NCBI GenBank assembly: GCA_030704615.1
Contig: CM060732.1
Coordinates: 82,584,001 to 82,648,000 of the forward strand
Direction: 5' to 3'
Length of the DNA stretch: 64,000 nt
Source of the DNA: Takakia lepidozioides
Taxonomy: Eukaryota; Plantae; Bryophyta
In this document: positions 50,937-63,300 of the stretch, piece by piece
Numbering within the stretch: position 1 is the first letter of the stretch
How the letters are laid out: each line of letters opens with the position of its first letter
Program-made: the position numbers and the translations under genes
Notes under the pieces: generated by a model
Seen by the model: only the letters and a program-made list of their open reading frames with translations
Told to the model about the DNA's origin: nothing
Database searches by the model: none

Positions 50937-51777
50937 TTCAATAATTCTCCAACCTCTTGCCGAACCCTAAAAAGCATCCGTCCCGATCGGAGCTCGCAAT
51001 TGTCAGAAGCATCCGTGCGTGCAAAGCCTGCGCGCAAAGGCAGGGCCTGGCTCCCGTCTTTTGCGCCACCAGATCCACGGCACGCCACGACCGTCCAGTT
51101 ATGAACACTCCGCATCTCCGCCGTTGGATGTTCGATGCCGACCAGCAGTGTAAAAGATGCGCAGGCGTTTTGGCTTTTCTTTTAATAATGTGTCTAAATT
51201 AAGGTCAAAAGGGCGAAATTTAGGTCAAGGGTCCAGCGTCCAATCCCGTGCTCAGGAGAGGTGGGGCCCAACGAATGATAACGCACGCCCATATCCATCC
51301 AACAATCATCGCTGGCACACTCGTCTTTTCTGATTGGTTGATCACTCCGAATGTGGGGGTGACACGTATGAAAGTCCAACTTACCACACGTGGCTAGTAG
51401 CCGAGGCCAGAACGTGGTGGGTGGGTAGGGACAACTTTTTTCCCCGTTCCGAGGTCGAACCCCGGAGGAAGCACCTACCGCCCGACCATCACCCTTTTTG
51501 CTCAAACATTTTGCGTTGTGATTTTCTTAGGGCAAGCCGTTGTAGCTTCATGGACTCGAGTGGAGGTGAATAAGATTTTAACCGCCAAAACCGTGCATGT
51601 ATATATGCCTTCTGCCTGCTGCCTGAACCTGCAATGATGGATGTTATGGGCCGATAAATGCCCAGGGGGCTGGCGGTGTGGCGGTGGCACATTGGATAAG
51701 CTTATAGATACAAAGGGGCAATGCAACATTAAAGGTATTTGCAGGGAACCCTATGGATGAACACGCTAGTTAAGAAT

Positions 51778-51901
51778 ATGACCCCAAAGGGCTACTGCAT
51801 TCCGGTAGGAAGTTGGACACCTTTGTGACACTACTAGGTGAATTGAACCCACAACCACTTCCGAGGTGGTATGTGCCCATTACCATTGGGGTAGAACTTG
51901 G
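51778..51901 (-). mobile_element. tRNA-derived SINE copy (3' truncated)
   Basis: A-box-like TACCCCAATGG and B-box GGTTCAATTC on the minus strand; homologous to the copies at 9724 and 12303. Confidence 0.72.
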
Positions 51902-53923
51902 TTGTAATGCGCTAGACATTTGATGGGAGCGCCTATGACTGACCCTACACCACCGCTGTCAAATCCATCCCCACCTAGAGAGAGAGAGAGAGAGAGGACT
52001 CCGGCCCGAGCCACCAAGAGCCACTTCGCCTTGCCGCTACTGCCCCTTTTCAGGGGTGGGCCCTATAAGAATTTTCATGCAAGTGCACAACCCGCGCATG
52101 CTGTCTTTGGGCCACGCCTATAGATTAATGCACAAGTAGCTTGGTGGCAGAAAACAATACAAATAATGTAAGAACTTACCCTATAAGTGTCAAACCGACC
52201 CAAAAGGGGTCGGTCAGGCTTCTTAAGCCATCAATTTGAGTCAATTTTGACTCATTAGGTAGAAAAAAGAAAATTTATACACGATGACATTGGCCAATCT
52301 TCAAAAAAACATATTATACGTACAGTAAGATCCCCAAATATGGGGCTAACTCAGCTTTTTTGGCATGTTTTTGCTATCTTGCCCAAGTTGCTTGCATGGC
52401 AACCACGGTCAAGTTAGGGAAGGCACATCATGAAAGTAGTTTTCAACAAAGGAGGGGAGGTGACACCTCGGAAAGGCACAACAGGGACCTAGCGATTTTT
52501 TGACACTAATGTTGTGGTCTCCTCTTTAGAATAAGGAGGAGCCAATAAATCTACCGTCTAATTTACAATCGTTGTGGTCCATGTCGTCTTTGCAAGCAAA
52601 GGTTGTTGTAGAAATTTTTTCAATCCAACCAGGCAATATTTTAGGCTATTTTGGGGCCCTGCCCCCTATTTCCCAGTCCAACCTATATTTTAGCATAGAA
52701 ACCTACGATATTTCATACTCTAGCCCTTGTACTTAGCGGGTTTTGAGACCTTCTCCCCACCCGCCTCTCCTCATTCATGGGATGACTTGGGCTTGTGGAC
52801 ACCGCCATTGGGGTAGAACCTTTTGAGAACCGTTGCTCAAGTTTGGTGCCACCGAACAGCCGCAGCCCTCCATGTGCTTTGGACCAAGCCTAATCCTAGG
52901 CAGGGGTTTTTTTTTTTCATTTTGGCTAAGAAGCGTAGATGGCTACAAAATTTGAAGGCTAAGTGCAAAGGTGGCGATGACATAGATGCTTAGCTAAAAA
53001 TCAACTGGCTACAGGCTATTTCATTTGCATGCAATATGACGATTTGAGCCCACTCACATCTGAAATCTAAAATAAAAGAAGTCCAAAGATGGCCAGCAAA
53101 AACCATAGCCTCAATTTCAAATAGCAAGGGTCCAAATCGTGCTCCATGGCGAGATCTCCACTATTGATCGCGCAATGGGCCGACAGCAGCTAGATGTAGG
53201 GCTGTGGGGAACGTGTATTTCTGGCGCACCACGCATGTTCCCCTGGAGCTTTCTGACACCAACCCGTGCGCGCGCCCCTATTTTCTGGCGCATTTTTTGT
53301 TTTTTTTCCCAGGATTTTACATAGGGCTGTCGCAGCCCTTTGTTTTTTTATCGCTTTTAGGCTCCATTTCGCCTAAAAAAAAAAGAGCACTGATCCTAGG
53401 GTGGCTGCCATGTAGGTTGTTGCGCATTGATGGGGCATTGGGATGTGTGTGGGGCTAGCCTGGGTACGGTGGAAACACCTTCCTCATGTAACAGTTTTGT
53501 CATTGAACAACTTATGATAAATAAATGAATGAATTTTCAAGTTTAGTATGGATGAAAGTAAATTCCACTATTCACAAAGAGGAGCCATATGCAACTAGCC
53601 GCTTGTTCCACCTAATTTTTTGTAGCCAAAATGTTGGCCTACCCGGCGCTGCAAATTGGATTTTTTAACCCCCCATTTAGTGAGTACAAGCAACCCACAC
53701 GAAAACAGGGAAGGAGGTTGGTATTGTGTGAGCACGGCGTGAGCACAACCCACGGTCACGGGAGTTTTATGTTTTTTAACCTCGATCATAGGAGTTATAT
53801 GTTTTCAAAATGGAATAAAATCATAAGCGGGTATAGACGACCGGTGCATTTGTACGGTACATCTGCCCCAATTCAGCGAGGCGAAACCTTCAGTAGTGTA
53901 GCCAGAAACCCTAAACCGCGGCG

Positions 53924-54028
53924 GCGGTGAGATTTCGCATTGAGAAATACTTGGTGATATGGGCACAAACTAAGCAGCGGTGAATTTCGCACTGAGAAAT
54001 ATTTGGTGATATAGGCACAAACTAAGCA
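53924..54028. repeat. 53-bp tandem duplication
   Basis: gcggtga.atttcgca.tgagaaata.ttggtgatat.ggcacaaactaagca occurs twice. Confidence 0.88.
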
Positions 54029-55480
54029 CAAAAAACCACGCATGTAAGATAACATGTTCATTAGGTATATCGGCTACTTGTTCTTTATGTTTTAGTTTCG
54101 CATAATTATTAATTTCGCCAATTTCATTTTGTTGTGGAAAAGTACTTGTTCATTTTCTCCCCCTTGAGAGACCATTTCACACCCACCTTGATCCTCAGAA
54201 ATTGCTTTTTGTTGTGTAAGAGCTGTGACAGATTTCGCCTGACAGTCTTATATGATAACAATGTTTGAGGGCCTTTGTGCCCTGATTGAAGCTGGTATTA
54301 GCACACTTGCATACACTTGGTTAAGGCTTTCTGCCTCCAAATTCTATCTTCAGTCTTTTTCCTAGAGAACTCTTGACAGAGGTTTCTGAGGGTTTTGAGT
54401 TTTGACAAGAAAATCAATGTGGGGGACCTGGGGGGTGCACCCCAGCCAACCTGTACCAGCCACGTGCGTGCACAGGTGTAACAAGGTAGAATCTAGAAGG
54501 TTCTAGATTGAGGAGAAAAGTTCCCTAGAAGTTTCCAGAATAACTAGGAAGGATCCTAAGAAGTTTGACTTGAGACTCTCAAGTCAAACCTCTAAGATAT
54601 TCATATTATGGAGAGTATGTCAAATCTTTGATAAAGTCATATTATAGAGAATATGTCAAACCTATGAAGGTTGACTTTAGGAAGCTTTGACTTGAGGCTC
54701 TCAAGTCAAACCTTTAAAATAATCATATTGTGAAGGGTATATAAACCTGCAATGAAAGCCTAGAAGGCATCGAGTTGTTTTTGGGAAAAAGTTGAGAAGT
54801 ACTTTTATTCTAGTTTGTGTAGATCTTGGGTGTTACAATAGTATCAGAGCCTAGTCTTTCTTAAAGTTGGGAGTGAATACCTTCTTTAGGAGGATTCGAT
54901 TAAGATGTTTTTTTTAGAGATTTTTGTTGTTAATATTTTTAAGTGTTGAATAGATAGTAGTGATGGTGCGCCATAACGATAGTATAAAAATTTTATGGAC
55001 TTAAATCAACCCCCTTTCCGTGATTTTCCTTCGGAGTGTGAGTTTAAAATTATATGTCGTCGTAAAGCAGAAATTAGAGTAGTACAGAGATTTGGAGAAG
55101 AACAATATCAAGAAGTGTTACAAAACCCACGACCTGTCGTCTTTCCTATAATTAGAAATTGAAAGGTATACATATGTGTATATACATAGTTCATGGATCG
55201 AGGTAGATATTTTCCGCCTAATTTTCCACCACCAAATGTATAGAGTATCAATGTGTGCGCCATCGACAAGCATCATCTTGTGAGATTTTTAGTTGCAGAA
55301 TTTGGGGTAAAATTCATGAACCTTGTTATGAGTTCAAACGTCCCTTTTGTATTACCAATAGTCACGTACGGGATGGTTTGGGATTGCATTATTTACATAC
55401 TGTATTAGGATAAGAGAATAGAGATAGTATACATTAATTTTAGAAGACAAACACCACGGAGGAAGGAGTAGTGGAGCAAG

Positions 55481-56433
55481 ATGGCGGACAATGAAGAAAT
55501 GGTGGACAACGCACACACTACTCATCGAGCCAATGATCAGACAGTGTGGATAATGGAGCGCTTATACGAATTGCAGAATGCTCTTGTCACGACCCAACAA
55601 CAAAACAACGTGTTGATGGAGGAGGTTAAACAAGTGAGACAATCAACCGCCCCGGGACTGGTTGCTGATGGGTCGGATACGTTGCTGCAAAAGATGACCA
55701 AGACATGCAAGGTCGAGCCGTATAAAGGAAGTCGCACGATGGAAGTGCTAGAAGGATGGATTTATCGAATGGAGGTACATCTGTCGTATTTCTCTACATC
55801 AAGTGATTTGGACCACAGAATGTTCATACGATCTTTTCTACTCGACAATGCTTCAACATGGTTACAGACATGGGAGAGAAGACAGATTGCAAAAGGAGAA
55901 CTTTTACTATGGAGCACATTGAAAGCGGGACTGCTCCAACAATTCAAGGCAGTAGATGCTATTACAACTGCTCGAATGAAATTATAGAACTTGGAACAAC
56001 GCGAGAGTGTGCAAAATTACATTGAAGATTTTTTGAATCTTCAGGTCCAAATCGAAGACATGAGTCCTGCAGAAGCTTTCGACAACTTCAAAAGAGGATT
56101 GAAGAAGAAAATTCAAGGAAAGGTAATTTTACGCAACCCGGTTGATGTCCACGAAGTAATTTCATTGGCCCGAAAAATTGAAGGGACGCTACCAAAATAC
56201 GACGAAAGTATACACGTTCCATTGAACCAATACGGACCAACAACTATGGAGCTTGGAAATCTTCGAAGACGGGATAACTTCCAATACTCTCAAAGAAATA
56301 GGCCGGAATCAGATATGGGAAGATAACACACAGTGCGAATGAAATTGAATGACAAGGATGTGACCTCCTCAACATCTCACAACAGAAAGAAGGAAAACTC
56401 GACAATGTTACAACTGTAGAAAATACGGACATC
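55481..56433 (+). pseudogene. gypsy gag (premature stop, truncated zinc knuckle)
   Basis: VEPYKGSR..LEGWIYRME, LLDNASTW, QRESVQNYIEDF, FKRGLK and GPTTMELG motifs. Confidence 0.88.
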
Positions 56434-57879
56434 TTGTTCAGGTTGGGAAAGAATCAAAGACCCAAAACTCAGCCTGGACTTTACATTGGTCTTAACTTGG
56501 TGTCCCCATGAAGGAGGGTGTCCCTTGGGAAGGGAGTAAGGTGTCAAATCTTCCTCTGGACACCCAGGAAGGGTGCTAGAGATTCTCTCTAGAGTGAGGG
56601 TGGTGTAACTCTTATGATCTGCTTGCCTCTTGTGCAAGGGCGATGATATGATGACTGCCCCCACTACCAGCCACATCACCACAGATGAACAAGAATTAAT
56701 CCTGACATGGCAATTACACACCTAAAGACCTCAACATAAGACTTGAAACACTAGTCTCGCAAGTATGCAAATGTCGGATAACCACTGTGACACGTCACAA
56801 CAGTGTTATACTATATCATGTGACTACCTGAATTTCCACAAGGCTTTGTAATTGTCACCATGGACTTTTGCAGGAGCACTTATCTGACTTCTGAGTACTT
56901 ACCTATATAGCAGGAGACTATATTCAGCAATTTCTCCACATTGCCTTATATATAAATGTCAAATGAAAATCGATTGATGGAAACAGCAAACTCCAGAACT
57001 TGGTGTGAACAGATAACTAACTGATAGAAAGATTCAATCTGGCAATCTACACTAAATTGTTTCTGGACAATCTCATGTCTTGAGAAGGCTTTTAACCAAA
57101 AAAGTTACACTCATATCAACTGCCAATGTGGACAATTCACCAACCCGCAACAAATCACAGAAGTGAGAATTAACAAAAACTTAAAACTACTTGGTGATCC
57201 CACTATGCAAGTTTCTCAGATTAAGAGCCGCACTTGCTAACAGCAGATAATTGGGTCCTGCTTTGTGTATCAGAGGAAACGAATGCTGCTGTACCCAAAT
57301 TGCCTGCAAGATCAGGGTATGCAGACCCCTCTTTGCCCATAATCAGCTTGTCAAAGTGTCTAGAATGCAATCAACATCATGCGTTTTTTTAAGTTCTTTT
57401 GGGGGAGCCTCGAAAAGAATACAATTCACATTTCCCGCAAAGGAAATGTACATGTTTTTTTCCCACCACCTGCACATCCAAGATCAATATATCAGAAAAA
57501 TATATTAGGCAGTAGGTGAGGGTGGTTGTTGTGTGTAGCACACCACACGAATCCCACACATCCCCTATCTGTTGATCTCTGTTCGGCATAATCAGCCAAA
57601 TCTACCTTTGACACCAGCATCAATTGCTGTTATTCTCCCTTATTCCTTGTCTGGAATTTAGAAAGGAAACCCAAAAATCAAATCAAAACTCTGAATACTT
57701 TCCACCGACTTTCTAATCAGGAACATTGCAGGCACTCACCTCTCTAGGGTACACAAGACTTTGCTTCTAACGCCCTTGCACCATGCTCCTTCAGTCAGAG
57801 CAACTTCACCCGAAGATTTCATCCCTCTGTAACCACTCCAACCAACAGGCAATGTATTATGTGAAATACAACAAGCTTC

Positions 57880-58669
57880 TGAAGACATTACCCAATTAAG
57901 GAGTTTTCTTGGCCTTACCGGATTCTACAGACGATTTGTACAGGCATTCTCAAAGATTGCCCAACCATTGACAAATCTTTTGGGCAAATGAATTAAATGG
58001 AAGTGGGGTACAGAAGAGGAGTTAGCATTTCAGGCCTTGAAAGATGCGTTGCTTCATGCCCCGATCTTGAATTGGTATGATCCGACAAGACTAATCAAGC
58101 TCTCGGTAGATGCGTCAGGCTCAGCAGTGGGTGGGGTATTACAACAAGAATGGGAAGACAGATTGCACCCAGTGACATATTTTTCTCGCAAATTGTTACA
58201 TGCGGAACAAAATTATCATACAACCGAACGAGAAGAATTGGCCATTGTTTTGGGTACAAAACATTGGAAGCACTATCTTGGAGACAAAAAGTTCATAGTG
58301 GAGACAGACCATAAACCATTGATGTACTTGGAGACACAAAAAGATCTATCGAAGAGACAGATTCGTTGGGCGGAGTGGCGACAACAATTTAATATGAAGA
58401 TCGTCTATGTAGAGGAAAAACGACAATTGACAGATGCAATGACAAGGATGCCGCGCATGAACACATTGACACAAATCAACATTCAACCCGATTGGTGGAA
58501 CAAGATAGCGACGGCTTCTAAAGATGATGGGGAGATCGTGGACGCTAAAAAGAATGGCAAAATAACAGAAGTTCGAGGGTTGGTATTCAAGGAAGATAAA
58601 CTTTGGATCCCTGATGAACCTGCATTGAAGACAAAAGTCTTGTTTGAAGCTCATGATACGGCGATAGCG
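57880..58669 (+). pseudogene. gypsy pol fragment (RT connection, RNase H, start of integrase zinc finger)
   Basis: QLRSFLGLTGFYRRFV, APIL..YD, DASG, YFSRKL..AEQNY..ERE.LAIV, TDHKPL and FEAHD motifs. Confidence 0.92.
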
Positions 58670-59147
58670 AACACCCAGGATCTACACAAACTAGAATATA
58701 AGTACTTCTCAATTTTTTCCCAAAAACAACTCGATGTCTTTTAGGCTTTCACATTGAGAGCCTCAAGTCAAAGCTTCCTAAAGTCAACCTTCATAGGTTT
58801 GACATATTCTCTATAATATGACTTTATCAAAGATTTGACCTACTCTCCATGATATGAATATCTTGGAGGTTTGACTTGAGAGCCTCAAGTCAAACTTCTT
58901 TATGTCAAACTTCTTAGGATCCTTCCTAGTTATTCTGGAAACTTCTAGGGAACTTTTCTCCTCCATCTAGAACCTTCTAGATTCTACCTTGTTACACCTA
59001 CACACCATGACATACCACTAGGCTACTCCACGATTCTTGAAATAAATGTAATGGCTAGGGCTTCGCGTTGCTCCGCACTACTAGCGACGAATTCTGATAA
59101 CTATGTTCAATTTGCACAAAAAAGGGCGAGGTCATCCCTACGGTGTT

Positions 59148-59267
59148 ACACCGTGGGGAACAGATCGATCAGTCAGGAAGACTGTCAAGATGTTTGGCAG
59201 TAATAATAACACCGTGGGGAGCAGCTGGATCAGTCAGAAAGATTGTCAAGATGTTTGGCAGTAATAA
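59148..59267. repeat. 61-bp tandem duplication
   Basis: acaccgtgggga.cag...gatcagtcag.aaga.tgtcaagatgtttggcagtaataa occurs twice. Confidence 0.88.
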
Positions 59268-60399
59268 GATGACTTAATGAAGACTGTAGCATCTCACTTT
59301 CTATAGGAAGATGTCTAGAACCTCAAAAGAAAATAACAGTCATCCAAATGGGCATAATCAAATGAGTATACTGCAATGAGTGACATCTACATCCCCAACA
59401 AATATGCTAAACAGAGAAAAGGTCCGTCTGCTTGTGGAGTTGTTCTTTGACTGTAATGTGGAGTTGAACACATACAACGAACTTGCTGAAACGGTATCTT
59501 GGAAGTATACTAACTCCTGGACCCTCCCCACTTTGGTCTGACAGAAGAGAAGTTGCATATCTACGGAGCTAAAGCTTCTAGATTTCAACTTCCAATATTT
59601 AACATGTAGATTAATTTCTGGAAGAGCCTCACCAACCCCGCCATTGTGTGCATCACTCTCACTTGTGGTGCATAATGATTTTCCTCTCACTAATCATCAC
59701 TATGGCCACTTGACTTATTCACCAGTAGGATTGATCACCCTGAAGCCATCCTCTAATCTCTAATGGGAAGCAGACATTGTGGATCACCTCCAAAAATTAA
59801 ATTGTACTTCAAAGAATATTGTGGTCATACATGCACTTATATGGGACATGAGCATTGGAAGAACGTCCGTGATCACTAGAAATGCTGCCAAACTTGACAA
59901 TGCCAAGATCCCAAGTATCAGTGAGTGACTGTATTGGATCCACAAAAGAACCTCTTGCTTATTTGTAATCCCAAGAGTCCAAGGAAGACCCATGTTTTTT
60001 TATAGAAAATACACACAGGAGAATGTCCTGCTGAATAACACAAAGAATATGTCAACTTCACAATGCTCCACAGTTCGCACTGAATAGTATTGTAACTAGT
60101 CCACAACATGCAGCAGTTTAGGGTTTAGGGTTACAGACAATCACTACGTGCCTTAGCCATACAACATAGCTTGACATCAATAATGACGGAATCCATCGCA
60201 TGAAGGTGTAACTATCTGGCTTTGAATAGCAGACTAGCTTCATACAATTGGTTATAACAAGGGGCAACCATTAACAGCATTCCCACTGGTTTAGAGTTAA
60301 GCCTGGGCATTTGACAAGAACATAATATAGCATAATCAAACTGGGATATCACTAGGCTACAGATGTTCATCATACTGTGGCTGGGGCTTTTGCCAAAAT

Positions 60400-63300
60400 T
60401 GTCGCGCACCTCACTTCGGTAAGCTCCCCTTCAAGTCATAGTTACTCGCTTTGATGCGCGCGCCTGACTCCCAACCTGGCCGCCCGGGCCAACTTGGAGC
60501 TTCGGCTCCTGTGTCCACCAACAACGACACATTAGTTCCGGATATTATCCCATCCACGAACAATAACTGACTCCCTTTTCGTAAGGCGCCAGTTTCCTGA
60601 TACAACTCACAAGAAAATTTGCCTACCTTGCAAGTCCTGGCGACCACCGCTTCCACCAAGCGACTGATGGTATCTTCCGACAGCTCCGTGGTCGCCCGAG
60701 TCATGTTCAATTGTCGGGGCTTCGTGCACTTCTTGGCCATGTGCCCGGGCTCCCCGCAATTGAAACACACTCCATCAAAGGTCGCCTTCTGTCCGCCATA
60801 AGCCGCTCCACCCGCTTTTCCTTCGAAGCACCGGGCCGCCTTGACGTGTGAAGGCCCTCCCTTCGATTTCCACGTGCCATTGTCGCCGCGTGGCCTATCC
60901 CACTTCTTTTCCGGTCGGAAGGAGTCACCTTCCTGCCGGGTCTTCTTGTGGTTCAGCTCCGTACGGCCTTGTCTCTCACCCCTAGGGACATCCGAGAAAC
61001 ATTCAGCCCTCTCAATTGCCTCGTTCAAAGTCTTGGGTGGCTTCTCCTCCAACTTCCGCCTGGCCCATGGGGCCAGTCCCGCCACAAAGTTGAAGACCAT
61101 TTCTGGTTCTGCCATGTCCGCGACTTCGAGTAACAGCACATTGAAAGCCTGACATACCCCGAATGTCATCTGTTTGCTTCAAATTCCTCATCTTGTCCCG
61201 GGCAAGCCAGGACACGTTGAGGGGCACAAACTGTCTCTTCATCAATTCCTTGAACCCACTCCAGTTCAAGGTTTCCGGGCTTGGGCCTCGGTCGTGAAGG
61301 CGTTTCTGCCACCATTGTTGAGTATAACTCCTCAAATAGGTGGGAGCCACTTCCACCCGATCCTCGTCACTCAACTTGGCCGCCCGAAAGTACTGCTCTA
61401 GCTCCAAGAGCCAGGTGTTGAGTGCCTTCCGATTTCGGACGCCCTCGAAGGTGCCGGTTCCTTAGGCTTCACCTTAAACTTTGCCTTAGCGGAAGTGGCA
61501 TTAGCCGCCTTCAACACGTCTTTCAACGTCCCCGCCAAACTGCGCCAACAACCCTTCCCAAAGGCTGCCGGCATGGGAGGCATCTCTTGGTTTGTCGGAG
61601 CTCTCAAGGATTCCTCGGGCTCCGACTCCTCGGATTCCTCCCGCTCTTGGGCGGCCTCGTTTTCGGAAACATGCATCGCTTCCTCAAACGGCCGCCTCGG
61701 TGACACGCCGCCCCCATCGGGCTCACCGGGATCATCATCTTTTGGGCCGTTCCGCTTTCGCTTCGGCTTGCCCGACCCCATGATGAGGCCAATCCCAAGG
61801 ACGATCGCGTACTGAATTCTAAGCTTTGATACCAAGTGTCGCGCACCTCACTTCGGTAAGCTCCCCTTCAAGTCATAGTTACTCGCTTTGATGCGCGCGC
61901 CTGACTCCCAACCTGGCCGCTCGGGCCAACTTGGAGCTTCGGCTGCTCACCGGGACATAACGGTCCCCCTTCGCTTCCCTCTAAACCCTCCACCTATTTG
62001 GACTAGGAGAATTCCCTTTGGTAGATGGCAGTCCGGAACAGTCTCCCCACTCTTTGGTCGCTTTCCGGTTCGCTCGCTTACTCACTAGTTTTTGGTCACC
62101 AACGGGCTTGCACCGTTCTCGGGTTACTACTCCCTATATATACTTCTGTAGGTTGTCCGCGGGGGTTTCATAACCAGCCATGCCATTTTATGGCGAACCA
62201 CCACGAAAACCTCGACTCCCTTGATGAGTCGCGGTGAGTCTTGGCCCACTCACCACGGCCCCTATGGACCGTGATGAGTCCCAAGACTCCCCACGACTCC
62301 CACCACGAGGTCTCCGCCCCATGGTGAGTCCTATGCCACCCCCACTAAGTCCCGCTAAGCTACCACCACCCTTGTGGAGCCACCCCCCCACCGCAACCCG
62401 GTGTGCGGGGCTCCACCTAGTGAGCGCCTCCGCTTCCCTGAGTGCCTTGGGCACTCAAGGGTGCTTCAGCCTCCCATACCTATCGCTGCCGCCGCTGCCC
62501 CCACCACAGGGCACCCCTCATGTGTCCCGACCCCCTGCCCTCAGGCCCGCCACCCCCCTACCAACAGGGAGTCGGTGTCCTCATCGACTTGTCCATTTTG
62601 TAGAAACGAACATCCAAGTTGTGGCGTCCCACATCAAGGAGTTTGTTTCCGTACCATGGCGTCCCATGGCAAAGAACCAAACCCCACACTTGACTCTACT
62701 CTCCACTAGCTAGTTCGGCCGACTTCCTCCAAGTCCCGCCAAGGGTGGCCTCTCTCTCCTCCCAGTGCACTCTTCTTGGCCTACTTCAAGGCCAAGGAAC
62801 GATCCTCCCCGAGGATCGAATCGCCTTACTGCAACAACATTGCTTGCGACCGCTCATGATGCCGCTTTTGGCATCACCTTGAGCAAGGGTTCACCTGGAA
62901 CCCTCTTTGACTAGGAAGATAACCTTGAACAACCGTGCGCCCCAATCACTACAATTGGGTCCGCCTTGGAATGCTGGCCTGAGGTACGGGAACACGTCGA
63001 AGCCGCACTACGGCTTCGTCCCGAGGCTACACGATTATAGTACGTGAACAGAAGCACGCAGCTTCCGCGTTAACCCGCACTAAGGCAACCCCCTCGGTAG
63101 CGCAGTTATAGTACGCGCACCGCCAGGTGCGCACTAGCACGTGAACTCCCAAAGCGCAAGTTTCCTTGCCCCTTGGATGGCACCCGATTTCGGCACTACG
63201 CAACCCATTTACCAATTTACCTCTCCCACTTTTGTAAGCTAGCATGCATTCTACACACTAGCCAACCACACCCATGCATCACCATTCCAAACAAAATAGA

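Larger units (their letters stand above)
54477..58996 (+). mobile_element. Rearranged Ty3/gypsy LTR retrotransposon: LTR, PBS, gag, captured host segment, RNase H, integrase start, inverted LTR
   Basis: LTR 54477-54837 (TGTAACA..TGTTACA); Met-tRNA-type PBS TAGTATCAGAGCC 54839-54851; gag 55481-56433 with a stop and a broken CYNCRKYGH knuckle; LRSFLGLTGFYRRF, VDASGSAVGGVL and ETDHKPL at 57880-58669; reverse-complement LTR 58670-58996. Confidence 0.9.

Noticed and set aside
52100-53900. MITE-like or DNA-transposon-like repeats
   Set aside because: No paired TIRs or TSDs could be established.
60116-60132. TTTAGGG repeats (also about 19062)
   Set aside because: Only about two units each; insufficient for an interstitial telomere call.
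59300-60390. Possible decayed minus-strand coding sequence between the two LTR elements
   Set aside because: No recognisable motif in any frame by eye; it needs a translated search.
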